Source of the DNA: Nemertoderma westbladi
Taxonomy: Eukaryota > Animalia > Xenacoelomorpha
Direction of reading: 5' to 3'
DNA length: 64,000 nucleotides
Assembly (NCBI GenBank): GCA_032718475.1
Contig: JAUCBJ010005093.1
Coordinates: 1-64,000 of the forward strand
Shown here: positions 36,963 through 49,179 of the stretch, in pieces
Layout of the letters: every line of letters begins with the position of its first letter
Position numbering within the stretch: position 1 is the first letter of the stretch
Translations under genes and position numbers: made by a program
Notes under the pieces: model-generated
What the model was told of the DNA's origin: nothing
Database searches by the model: none
Seen by the model: only the letters and a program-made list of their open reading frames with translations

Positions 36963-38070
36963 TCACTCCCTTTCCCGTTCGGCTTCCTTTCGTGCTTCCG
37001 ATGCACGCAAAACTTCCGCCTGCTGTTCATCTAGTCGGCGTCTTCTCTCCTCTGCCGAGTTGTGAGAAACAAGGGATCTAGCACATATAACCTTGCCTCG
37101 CGCTTGACTAACCTGAGAATCGCCACTGTCTCTAGATGCATCGTCGGGTGGAGTCAACGTCCTCTGTTGGATGTTCTCCGTCGTCGGTAGCACCTGGCCC
37201 GGTACCACCACTCCACTCTGCATCAGCCAGCCGGTAACTTCCCGCTGATACCTGCGCTCCTCCTTATCCTGTATTTCTTCCCGCTCCACTAAATCTCTCG
37301 ACTCTGCGTCACTCACCTGAGTCGCCTGCGCTTGTGATGCCCATAGCAGCCAGTTCTCCGTCCTAACTCGTCGAAATCGCTCCGATAACGCGCGGTGCTC
37401 CAACAAGGCTGCTAAAACCCTGCCGTAAATCCTCGTTGCCACGTCACTCGACTGAGACTCTACTGCCTTCTTTGCGAGGACTGCAAGCTCCTCCGTTTGT
37501 TTGAGTAACGCTGAGTTGTATCCCTTTCTAATCTCTACTAACCCTTCCCTTCCGATGTTTGCTGAGTCGGCTAACATCTTCCTTACCTTTTCCGCCATCC
37601 GTGTCATATGTCCAGCATGCGCGCGAAGTTTCTTCTTTATCGCGATGTCAAGTTCTCTTTCGCTTACCTGACTCACACTTGGTGGACTTGGATTATGGTG
37701 GATTATTTCGGGAACTACGGGTACTCCTTATAGCCGCTGGGACCACGGCACTTACCATACCCACAGGTCTGGAAACCGGGCTCCGGGCTCTCGCTTCTGC
37801 TACACTACCCTCCCTATCACTCATCTCTGGTCGGGTTGCTGTACAATCCTTCCTTACAGTAGCGGTAGGGGATCCTAATACTATTACCTGAGGTTGTTGT
37901 TCTTCCTCACTAGTTACTGTCTCGTCCTCCTGTTCACTTACATCAGCGTCACTCGCTGTGTCGTCATAGTCGGCATTGTCGTCAACAGTAATATTAACGC
38001 TATCGTCAGTCGGCGGTCCTGCCGCCATCTCATAGCTGTCCTCTAGTGCCTCCTTCTCTGAGACACTCAT
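36963..38070 (-). pseudogene. gag: N-terminal part of element B gag
   Basis: 37676-36963 is in frame with the 2406-aa ORF across one TGA; 38070-37693 joins through a frameshift. Confidence 0.75.
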
Positions 38071-38879
38071 AGTCTAAATAATATTTGCCTTCCGGCAAAA
38101 TCTCGCAAATATTCGAGATGTATATATATATAATTTAATCGAAAATACGATTAAATTATTGTCAAATAATCAATTTGTCCAAAATATCAAAATAAATTCG
38201 CAATGCAATATTGTGAATTTAATAGGATCTAATTTTAGCAAATACCAGTACAATATTTAAACAAAATATTATTCTATAGCTATTATATAGTATTTAAATA
38301 CCGGTATGACACAAATAATTTTTTGAATCTAATACAAAATATTCAAAATAAACTTGCCACCCAAATATTTCTAATTTTACATATATAGCTCTAATTAACG
38401 CAATTTTAATTTCAAATATTATATGTATCCACTAGCGCGAGGCTACATCTTCGGGTTACGACTCTCTCTCTCTCTCTCTCTCTCTAACTCGAGCGATTCA
38501 AAAACCCATGGTCGGCTAAACCTAACTATCCTAACTAATAAATTGAGTTCAGCTTCGCAGTTAAACAACCGATAATTTTTTACTGCTTCCACAAACACAA
38601 TGGTGCCAACAGAACAACTAACCTTGTTTGCTGTGAGATTCCACGTCCGCGTCCAAAGTTTCAGTCTTTTCGCTGATTGCAAACCGAACCCGCAGACCCA
38701 CACGAACCCCAAACTCAGAAGCTCCGTCTTGCCATGCATCTCCAGATGGTATAAAATAACTAAGCGGTTATCTAACATACCGGTACAAAACTCTAGATTT
38801 TATTACAAAGTTAATTTTGACCGAAACTGAATTCTCACAAACCTAGCTAAAATTTTTCAAAAACTAACTTACAGCTTGC

Positions 38880-39245
38880 CCTAACGGCCTAATGAACTGC
38901 TGTATTTGCGATTAGTAAACGCACTACCGTACATCCACTGTACGCAATACAGTAAGTAAAACAGTACACCAACCTAACAGCCTAATGAATACTGTGTGCG
39001 GTACAGCAAAACAAATGTATTTTCTACTGTACGCAGTAACAGTAATCACTGAATCAGCCTAATGTACTACTGTACTATTGTACGTGACCAGTGAATACAG
39101 TAATCTAAACTATCAGCCTAATGATACACTCTATACTGTTACAAGCAACAGCGAATCACGAGCCTTCACGGTACGCTGTACAGTGATCCTACCTAACAGC
39201 CTAAAGAATATACTCGTCACTGTACGCAGTAGGCCTACAGCAGAC
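38880..39245 (-). repeat. Degenerate tandem repeats in the 5' leader of element B
   Basis: Recurring CAGCCTAATG...ACTGTACGCA...ACAGTAA units. Confidence 0.7.
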
Positions 39246-39261
39246 AATATATGTGCTTTAC

Positions 39262-40357
39262 TGTTAAACAAACTACCCCGGCCTAACCAATAAAGACACA
39301 AAACTGCTCTATTTATTAGACAGGGCAATCAGGAGCGTATTATTGCCAATGTAAGGACTGCTAAATACAAAACCGCTACTCACCGTTAGATGGCGCTAAC
39401 CTGCCGTCCGCTAATATATTTTACTAATTTTCTACGGCTCCTGCTAATTTCTTGTTCCTTTCTCTACCGATTACTCGATAGAGAGCTAACTGTTCGAATA
39501 TATGAGCCACACGGGAATAACCAAAACATAACCCGAATCGGCTCCCTAAGCTGACTTAAAACGAGTGTGAGAGACTTTACACTCAGAGTATATTCTTACG
39601 GCCTAATCTAGCTGCTAAAACACGTTAACAATTACGTCCTTTCTAATCTAATCTAATCGCATCTAATCGCATCTAATCGCATCTAATCGCATCTAATCGC
39701 ATCTAATCGCATCTAATCGCAAAGACTGGGGTTCCCTAACAGAATGTGTGAATGTGAGAATATTTAAATAATCAAAAATCGGTACAGTATTTATTTTGGG
39801 ACTCAAACTTACCTGCGGCTGGCTTTAGACCAGCAATTTATTGATGCGCGCTATATACTGTATACTACGATGTGAATTATTGTCCGCTAATTCAAATAAC
39901 CGCCCAGCGTGAATAGTGTACGGTACTCTAAATTATTACCTTAACTACACTCCGCTATGCTGCGTACAAATTCTTTATTTTACTAAATAATTACAGTCAC
40001 AAATATGTAACGGCGTACTAATTACTAAGTATTCCAGAGTGCGTAATTCTAATTTATTACGCAACGGGTCACACTAGCAACAGCCTAAAATACCGTATTA
40101 TTTTCGACCTAATCAGTAATTAATTACAGTAAACTAAGAAATAGAAATCAATCAAAGGGAAAAGAGCGCCTATCCAAGCATTCGTGATTTTTTAGGCACA
40201 CTTTAGTAACACACCAATCAGCGTAACAATCTATAGTTTATACTTACCAATTTTAGTTCTTAACGCACAATTCACAATCAACAGTCAGATAGCAATTCGC
40301 AACGTAAAGCACGCAGGTCTCTCCCGGCTACATCTAGGCTTCCTAACTAACCCAATT
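39262..40357 (-). repeat. 5' LTR of element B, U3 side deleted; contains (ATCTAATCGC)7
   Basis: Match to the other LTR stops at CTAACCCAATT and runs directly into protease-coding sequence; no TSD. Confidence 0.93.
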
Positions 40358-40721
40358 AAAAACAAAAAGAGACTATGGGTTAATAGTAAATACCGATAAA
40401 GCGCATCTACCAGGTGTTCATTGGGTGGCTATATATATACGAGATAATGAAGCTGAATTATTTAATTCGTTTGGTCCAAAATATCCAAACAGATGTATCG
40501 AAAAATGGCTTGAGAAAAATTCAACAAAGTGGTGTACTACTCGCAGGCAATTTCAAGACCCTAGAAGGATCACATGCGGGTTATACTGTCTTTATTACTT
40601 GGTAAATCGAATTCACACAAATTATCCAATGAGAGCGTTTTCAAATAATGTGGAAATAAATGAAATAATATTATATAAATGGCTTGTTAATTATTATAAA
40701 ATAAACCAACAAGCGTTGTAA
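40358..40721 (+). pseudogene. Polinton adenain-type (C5) cysteine protease, 5'-truncated
   Basis: GLIVNTDKAHLPGVHWVAIY...FNSFG...QFQ...TCGLYCLYYL. Confidence 0.92.
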
Positions 40722-40765
40722 TTAATCATTTAACTTTTGTTTATCTAAATATATTATCAGATAAA

Positions 40766-41366
40766 ATGGATAATATTATTTTTGTCGATTTTCAATATTA
40801 TACGATAGACAATAAGGAATATCCGGTAGTATTTAAAGAATTTGCTATATTCGATTCTAATTACACCAAAACTAATGTAAAGACGTTTTTAATTAAAGGA
40901 CCTCCTGATATTAAGTTATCGGCATTAGATAAAGCCCACGTAAACAATTTACGGGACATGATTTCACATTTACCCTGGGATTACGGTGACATTTCGCAAG
41001 ATGACTTTAAAAAGTACATGAAGAGACATTTAAAATATAAAAATATATATATATGTATTCGGGTTGATGAAGCTGGCAATATTAATTTCCGAACTTGATG
41101 TACTTGCTCCAAAATCGATGGAGAAATTGGGAATATATCAACGGTATTACAACTATTTAACCCCTTGTCCCTTCCACGATCAATTTACTACAGTAGAAAA
41201 TAAATGCGCTTCCCACTTAAACAGAAAGGATAACTGTCTGCGGTACTGCTCCGCAAAACGAGTCGGAGGGTATGAATTGAAACGATTTTTCGTGAGAAAG
41301 CGATTAACTGAGACTGATGATAAACAGAAAGAAATAACTGTGGTGGAAGATGTACTCGTACAGTAG
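40766..41366 (+). pseudogene. DEDD/Maelstrom-like RNase H-fold nuclease (frameshift ~41050)
   Basis: IFVDFQ...FKEFAI...FLIKGP...SHLPWDYGD and C-terminal CPFH...KCA, resembling the MAEL E-C-H-C zinc motif. Confidence 0.6.
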
Positions 41367-42336
41367 GTTTACTCTAAGCATGTAATGTGATGGGATAATA
41401 TAATTGTTTTAATGTCAATAAAAATAATAAAAACATTAAAATCTGTTTTTTTATATCTCAGTTTGACTGAAGGTGTAGAGCTTAAGTTTACACTCACAAA
41501 CACAGCGTACCTACCGGTAGCCGGCTGTTGTATCAGAGTTTAACTACCAGTAGCTGACTTTACACATACAGACATTTAACAGCAGAATGGCTCCCCTTCA
41601 GCCCTTCTAGACTGACAGCACCCGCAGCGCTTTAGCGTTACTTACTAGTAACAAAATTAAATTAACTCGACATGTGGTTCGTGAATGCGGTATTAGAGAG
41701 GCCCACCTAACAATAGGCCTACTGGTACCGGCACTGTAGCACTCTTGTAACTGTATACTTGGATAGGGCAAGGGCACGCTGGTTTCTCCGATTTAAGGAT
41801 TAGGCTATTACACTTGAATGCTTCCAATTTTCTGTTTACAACTTTAATTGGTCTAATCTACATTATTATTATTACTGTGGGCTACTACTGTCGCATAGGT
41901 AAGCCTATACAGCTATAGTTAACTTTATGCGGCCCCCTTTTTCGAATGTAGGCCCAATATGGTTTACGGTTAACCTTTAGAACTCACGGACAGGCACACC
42001 TTCATTCGGTTTGGCATATAGGCCTAATGACTCCTCAACTGAAAGCCGGCCAGCTCATTGATACAATAGGTGTGGCTAGCAATATATAAAATCCACTGCT
42101 CACAAGTTCATTCACTCCATGTTGTAGGCCTATATAAAACATAGTTAGTTTATTTATGTATTCGCTTTTTTTTTTAATTAGATATAAAATATACAATACA
42201 AAAAACCTACTGCTACCGGTAACACATTAACACTGAAACAAACAGACTGACTCATTATATACGAGTCTACTTGCTACTGGTGTGTTCTTGGATTTGTCGG
42301 AAGTAGTAGAGTCGGAAGAGGAGCTACTGATATTTC

Positions 42337-42621
42337 TTATTCTTCTTTCCAGTGCTCACCCCTACTATAGTTATCCAGACTTATCTGGTGAGCTTCTCCA
42401 GCCTGCACCCGAACGTTTAAACTAAAGTTTTTATTTGTAGACAATGTAGTTTGTCGACCTTCGCCGCTCGTTTTATTTCTAACCATTATAGTAATCACTC
42501 CATTGTCATTTTTCAAATGTAATTCCATTACATTTAACGATGTAAAAAAGAGCTCTTCCCCCTCGAGATCAAATTTTAGTAAACAGTCGCTATCTCTATT
42601 TCCAATAAATGCGAACGACAT
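42337..42621 (-). CDS. Hypothetical protein, probably Polinton
   Basis: Open frame MSFAFIGNRD... with protein-like composition; no motif recognised. Confidence 0.35.
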   Translation of the reverse strand: MSFAFIGNRDSDCLLKFDLEGEELFFTSLNVMELHLKNDNGVITIMVRNKTSGEGRQTTLSTNKNFSLNVRVQAGEAHQISLDNYSRGEHWKEE

Positions 42622-44574
42622 GTTGGTTGAGTGATTGAATGTTTGATGGATCACCGCGACTGAAGTTAGGAGGTTAGTTTTTTTTTTGCAAGTACAAATA
42701 CAAGTAGGTCTATACCGGTATTTTTTTTTTATTTACGGTAACAAAATTATACTTAAGATAGAAAAATTGAGTTTATATATATTTTTGTAGAGGGTCGCAG
42801 ATGTTTACATTACAAAATTCACATAGTTAACAAAATGCACAACATAAACTTTTCCCATGCGGATTAGCGATATATGCTCTGTTCATTGTTTTATTATGAA
42901 TGTAGGGAAATGCATAGCTGATGTTTTAATAATATGTACTGGTATACAGGCTAGTAACAGATAGGAGGGCTTCGACTTTGACTATGAATACCAGTACACA
43001 GCCCTAAACTTTTCTCACCGAGCTTAGCGATGCTCGCTGCACACACACACGCACACACTCACTCTCATAAGTAACAGATGCGCAACTGTAGCTCACTCGC
43101 GCGATGCTTAGCTAGCTAGCTACTGTCTCTGGGTATACTATGCATACTTGGGTGTTACAAGCAATCGCTCTACCGAACCCGGGTTGAAATTCTTAGTATA
43201 TTTCCTAAGTTCTAAACAAGTCTGCTTAGTAAGACTTAGAACGCTCAGCAACGCTGGTGCCAAGGGTGAGTAAAGTACTTAACAAATTTTCCAATTTCAT
43301 AAAAATGACATTGCAAGTTTATAATGTTTAGTAAGTTGTTGCTATGTGACTGACAAGTATTACAGGATATATAAACGTGCTTTATATGTAACCGATGATA
43401 TATGCAAGTGTAATGAACTAATAACATGCACATTACAAATCTAGCATATATCTGTAACCTACTGTATATATTCCCGGCACTAGTTCGAACCTGCGTCACT
43501 AATTTTTTTAAGTAATAATTATTTTTGAAAAATAAATATTATGGGAAGAGTGGAAGAGTGGCAAATGAAAGTAAGTGATGACCCCCCCCCCCCCCCCCCC
43601 CCCCCCCAGACGAGAGAAACAACAAATAGAACATCATAGTGAGTGATGTACTGTATGCTATACACTTGTGTTTGGTTTGATATTCTTTGTTGCAACCCCC
43701 CCCCCCCCCACAATGACATATGTAAACAAATTAATACAGAGACTCTTAATGTTTTTAATATATTAATATAAACACCAACAAACATATTATTACGCTCTAC
43801 GTCACATAATTATACACATCAGATATAAACTCACAAATACTGTAGGTCTACACTAAAACAGAGTTATGTCGGAAAAATTTAACCAAAATGTTCAAAAATG
43901 GTATTCCTTATTTCTGTTTATACAATAAAACTATTTAATTCAAATTTGTAATCTTATCAAGCACTACAGTAGATTACGACTTGAGCACGGAATAAAATAA
44001 AAAATCACCCCATCATATAAAGGTACTAATAACATGATCATATATTATAACTATGGATTGCAGCAATTGTATTTTGAACATTAGGGTTAACTTTTCCCAA
44101 CGAAAATAGTGATTGAATGATCAAATTAATATTAGTTTTTAAAAATAATTAAGTCATGTTCAAAATCATTTATTATTGAGTTTAGATGCAGGATAACTGC
44201 CGGTTCATTGTGGTGGACCAGTTGAATTTTATATACTGTAACATTTTTTTTACCATTTCGTTACTACCGGGTGTCTGTGAGAAAAGACTGTTTCCTTGGG
44301 AAAATGTCTGGAAAAAAAACAGAATAAAAATCAGGGTTTTTTTTAAGTAGGCCTACTTTTTTATCTTCATTTTGTTATTTTTTTATTGGGAGCTGCCGCC
44401 CCCAAACCCCCGTTTAGTACAATGAAACGGGTTTAACAATAATAATATAAAGCAGAAATTACAATTAAAATTAAACACTGCGAATTTTAAAAGAACCTAC
44501 AGTAACTATAAATCCAAAAAGACTAGCACATATAGGTCTACATACAGTACAAATAAACAAATAAGAGAAAGCAC

Positions 44575-45170
44575 AACACATTACATAGTTTACAGATTCA
44601 GTTTACAGAGTCAGACGAGTGGAGTGATCGGCAATCCAGCTCCATCCTCCGCAACCAGACCACGGCGCCACTTGAGAACATGAGAAGCCCCTCGAACTAT
44701 AGCGAATGCGAACTGCACACGGCGACGAACCCACTCCATGACGGTGCTATAAGGTCTGTCCCAGTTATGGTGTAACCTATCAGCGAAGATCCTCAGGAGC
44801 TTGTTGGCCTGCGGTGCCAGAATTCCATCGCAAGAGACTACGAAGGGTGCAAAGTCAGCTCTCCTATGTCTCGCTGGTTCCGCATATAGTGCGGTTTTAA
44901 CGTCCTCCGCAGATTCTTGAACCCTCATCGGGGGGCGTCCCGCATACGACTCAGAGTCAATGTTTACGACCCTGATATCTAACAACGTCTGAGTCTGCGG
45001 GTTGAATGCCCCTGTAACTACAACATCACACCAAAGTCCTGCTTCTCCACTTAATCCAGGCTGGTCTCTGACTATGGGTTCCGACAGTGACGTTTCGTGG
45101 TCCAAATGCTAGAGAGGCCAGATCCCCAACAACATCACGGCGTTCATTATATGTGTTTGGAGTATGAGGC
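44575..45170 (-). mobile_element. 5'-truncated CRE-type non-LTR retrotransposon fragment (restriction-like endonuclease domain)
   Basis: EPIV...CDVVVTG...LLDIRVVN...SY...E..K..LY...FAPFVVSCDG...YSTVMEWVRRRVQF; short repeated tail. Confidence 0.8.
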
Positions 45171-45972
45171 CTTTTTTAAATTCCAATTCTTCCAAATTCA
45201 ATTGTTATTAATCACATTTCACTAACATTTAATTAATTTGAAGTTTAATTGTAGGGCCTATCACAATGTATCAATTAAAGAGTACAAAATACAATAAACA
45301 ATTGAATTGGAGTAAACAAACAGCAATAAAACTACAGTACCAGTATAAATTAAAGTAACAAAATGCTATACACTATTTATTTAAGTAAGCAAAACTCATT
45401 AAACAATTAAACGTAAATAAAGAAAACTCAATAAACGCAACTCTGCAGTAAAGCAGTAGGCCTACTGACCACAAAATGACTGTATGAGTCATTTATTGGC
45501 GATGAATCATGTGTCTGATTTATAATTGCAATGCGTGTCAAGCACCACTAAAGTACTTATGAAATGTTTGTCAGGTTATAAAGTCACTGAAATTATATTC
45601 TCGGTATACAAAATTTGTGAAGAATTTGGTAAGTGCATTGCATGATAAGTGCCCACCAAATTATTTCTTAATATCTATACTGTACTTGGCAAGTATTTTT
45701 TAATTCCTTAACAAATAATGGAAAATGTGGTAATTGTAAAATTTTGGTAAATTTATCATGCCAGTAACTTGCCATTAGGTAGTACTTTACTAATATGATA
45801 AGATTCTCAACCCGGGAAGTTAATTAGTTTGTTAGTTAATTTCCCCAACTAGTTGTTGATTTAAAAAATATTCATAAATTTCTTCTCCCTCAATTTAATA
45901 TATATATATTTTACAGTAAAAAATCTCCACCACCAAACAACAACAATAAATTTCACTCTCTCTAATTATATT

Positions 45973-46540
45973 TTACATCAAAAACCCACCACCAAACAAT
46001 AATAAATTATTAACCAGTTTGTTGAACATAGGATAATATATATGAAATTTAAATGGAGAACACATTAATGTACATTTACCAGTGTAGAAGCAGCAAACAA
46101 CAACAATATTATTTATTCTGACTTTACAGTTATTGAATATTGCGGGGTCGTATGAAATTTCTAGTTTAACATTATCAAATATAACATAAAACCCGATATT
46201 GTTTATAAGTAACCTTATAGATTACGGTGTCGATACTAAAAATATAAGTACACAAAAAGATAGATTTAAAAATCAAATTAATGTTTGTTTTTTCGAATAT
46301 ATGCTTTTTAACTTTATTAAAATTATATTTTCTACCAAGAATTGTTATTCGTCCATTTGTAAACATTAATATGGTTGCACCAAATACCTTATATATAAAC
46401 TGATTAGGTTTGAGTACAATTTTACCTGTCAATTGAATTTTTAATTCTTTTAAATTAAGTCCATAAATGATCTGCTTACAACTTATATTTTTATTTACTA
46501 TTTGATAATTCATCATCATCATCACCTTTCGGTTCTTCAT
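45973..46540 (-). pseudogene. TATA-binding-protein-like gene with two TBP repeats (frameshift ~46200)
   Basis: Repeat 1 LNLKEL...ATILMFTNGRITILG; repeat 2 in the other frame ISYDPAIFNNCKVRINNIVVVCCFYTGKCTLM (compare TBP SYEPELF...LIFVSGKVVLTG). Confidence 0.65.
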
Positions 46541-47601
46541 AAATTGGTATATTTGATATTTTTATAGGTTTTTTGAGGTTTGTTTTATAGTGTTTTTATA
46601 GTAGTTTTTATTAAGCCAATAAAGTTTATCATCAAAGCTACTGAGTGCCAGCCGCGTAGCCAGGAATTTCCCACGGTAGGGTCCCAGACCCCAAATTGTA
46701 ATTCATATTTATAGTAGTTGTGGGTGTGGGGGAAGAGCCCCCCCCCCCCCAGCGTAGTCCAGGTGTGATTGTTTGGAATTTTAACAAAATGACGCCATAC
46801 GTGATGTGTAATGTTTAGTAGGGTACGCAGCAAACTTCGCTTAACAAACTTAACTTATTCTTAAAAACTAGTACTATAGGCCCTACTACCATGGAATCAT
46901 AACAACATGTATTGATAACATAAAAGTATTGCAAAATGACAGTAGGCAAATTTCAATTTTACCCCTTCATGTCATTTAAATTAAGGGACGTAAAGTTTAA
47001 ATGTGCTTCCGTTTTTTAAATACCTTATTTACAAATCGGCGATTTCCATTTAGTTAAATGTCGCTTCGTGAAACAATCCCCCACCCCACACCATGGTATA
47101 TTATTTTATAAACTGCCACATTTTGAAATTGAACTAATTATGGTACCAGTACATTATTAATAATACACTTTTTTGATTTATTGAAAGTCAAAAAAAAACG
47201 TTTTTTTGTTAAAAAAAATTAATGTTCTAATCAATTACATTTCAAAGTAATTTTCATGGTATTAATAATAATATTGAATTAAAATACATAGCCACCCACA
47301 GGTTATTTAGTTCTGACTCGGCAAGACAAGCTACGCAATATCCAATCACGTTGGTCAGTGTACCCAGAAAAAATTACATAATTCATTATATTACATCAGA
47401 GTCAGCGTGCCTATCTTATTTATGCTATCTTTCATTGGTATATATTGAACCCTGCTTGACAGGCAAGGCACAGCGACGTCGTCTAACCAAAGCACAGAAA
47501 CCAAGGCAGGAGCCAGTGGGCGCCCCCCTGCAGTGGTCAATTGGGCTCCATTTCATTGCTTTACATTACAGACTATTAAACTGGTTGAGAGATTATATAA
47601 T

Positions 47602-47640
47602 ACTAGCTGCAGGCGGCCCTTCGGGCCGCCTACAGCTAGT
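47602..47640. other. 39-nt near-perfect palindrome ending CTAGT (Helitron-end-like)
   Basis: ACTAGCTGCAGGCGGCCC-TTC-GGGCCGCCTACAGCTAGT. Confidence 0.6.
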
Positions 47641-48159
47641 CACATTTGATCACACTAAAAACAATAAGTGACATTATACACCATGTCCCGTAATATACAG
47701 TAGTGTCATTTTCTGATGACACGGACAGACCCCCCCCCCCCCAGATTTTTCTACAAATCTTTATCATATTGCTTGAAATTTGAAACACAACTAGTTCCAC
47801 TCACCGTCGATGACCCCATGAAGCCGGAATTTTGGATTTTGCCTTTACATTTTTTTTTATAACCGTTTTAAAAAAGTGTCTTTTGCGAAACCGCACCCTC
47901 CGCATCGTGGCCATTATTCACATTAGTCGTAATATTTCATATTTCAAATCATTAGATAGCTTGCGTTGCAAGGATTCCAAATATGTAACAATATCTGAAT
48001 TTCGTTGAGAAACAACTGAGATATAGGAGTTCAAATATTGAAAGAATTATCGTTCGCTGCAGGCCATTTATTCTATTTAATAAATACACAAAATTCTAGA
48101 ATGTGCTATTTATTTTATAAGTTGGCTGGCAACAGCGGTAATCCTATCCAATATATCTA

Positions 48160-49179
48160 TTGCATAGCTATTCATACTTAAACAAATGTTCCAGAATATC
48201 GTGTATTTATTCCTCCTTTAACAGCCGCTGGATTGGTTGTGTGGGGTGCGAGTGTTGGGTTTGCTACGAATGCGCCTTCGATGCCCTACCCTCCCGCCAG
48301 GTCAATGGTGCAGAATGCTTCTACGACCGAGCTAACTCCGGACACGACGAATATTCGCCATGGGTTTACCTGTGTCGCGACTGTCACAAATGCATTACTC
48401 GCAGTCGCAGCGATAAACCGAAGAGTTCCGGAATCACTCTTGAGGATCGTGTTGAACAGTTAAGTAATCTAGTCGCATCTCAATCGGACCTTATAAGAAC
48501 TGTGACTGCAGATCTGAAAACAAGGGAGGACTCCCTAGGTTGCGAGTCTAATGCTCCACGGGGTGTTCACAATAGTAACCCTGCACGTCTAGCACAGGTT
48601 GTTGAATCCTCCATTAAGGATGTACTTCACAATGAGCAAATTCGCAAAGAAGTTATTGTCGCTCGCCTACCGGAGTCCAACGGCCCAAGTGCAGACAGAG
48701 CAGCTGTAACAAAATTATGTGAAGAATTTTCGGTTGACCCGCTTTCCGTTGGTGATATATCAAGGTTGGGACGTCACTGTGAAGGTCGCGATCGTCTCCT
48801 GAAGGTTTCCTTCTCTTCCGACTTAGAGGCCCGAAACCTGCGAGTGAACCACAACCTGAACCGCTCCAACGAGAACGTCTCGGATATCTCGAGGAAATTA
48901 AGGATCCGACCAAGCCTCCCGGTAGGGGAACGGAAGTTGATGAGCGACCGATCAAAGTTAGTTCACTCACTGAACAATGCGGCAAACAACGAGGAGGTAA
49001 GTTTCAGTTTGCGATCGGACGGTTCAATTTGGAAGTTTGAACACCACGAAGATGGAAAGTGGAAACGCAACCGCCAATGGAACCATCAACAAGTTAGCGA
49101 TGACCATACGAGAAATCACGCGTCGGAATCATCGCGGCCCTCAGTCGGAGCTCTCTCCCAGGCCCAGGGAAACAAGTAA
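48160..49179 (+). CDS. LINE ORF1 (PHD finger, coiled coil, RRM-like region); true start uncertain
   Basis: WIGCVGCECWVCYEC...YLCRDC; VIVARLPES; RLG...RLLKVSF. Confidence 0.8.
   Translation: MHSYSYLNKCSRISCIYSSFNSRWIGCVGCECWVCYECAFDALPSRQVNGAECFYDRANSGHDEYSPWVYLCRDCHKCITRSRSDKPKSSGITLEDRVEQLSNLVASQSDLIRTVTADLKTREDSLGCESNAPRGVHNSNPARLAQVVESSIKDVLHNEQIRKEVIVARLPESNGPSADRAAVTKLCEEFSVDPLSVGDISRLGRHCEGRDRLLKVSFSSDLEARNLRVNHNLNRSNENVSDISRKLRIRPSLPVGERKLMSDRSKLVHSLNNAANNEEVSFSLRSDGSIWKFEHHEDGKWKRNRQWNHQQVSDDHTRNHASESSRPSVGALSQAQGNK

Larger units (their letters stand above)
22568..40357 (-). mobile_element. BEL/Pao LTR retrotransposon B with accessory exonuclease ORF
   Basis: Two LTR copies, 2406-aa gag-pol ORF and a downstream accessory ORF; inserted into a Polinton gene. 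Confidence 0.95.
12641..46600 (+). mobile_element. Polinton/Maverick (adintovirus-like) remnant with nested insertions; pPolB, major capsid and TIRs not seen
   Basis: AT-rich, tightly packed, intronless ATPase, integrase, two pentons, core-like proteins and adenain protease; extent beyond 41.4 kb inferred from similar AT-rich ORFs. Confidence 0.85.

Noticed and set aside
36367-37065. Antisense and alternate-frame ORFs over gag/pol repeats (also 580-927, 57963-58280 and many short ones)
   Set aside because: Low-complexity shadows of coiled-coil coding repeats.
41400-47600. Polinton terminal inverted repeat or pPolB gene
   Set aside because: No convincing AGT-repeat terminus, matching inverted repeat or polymerase motifs found by eye.
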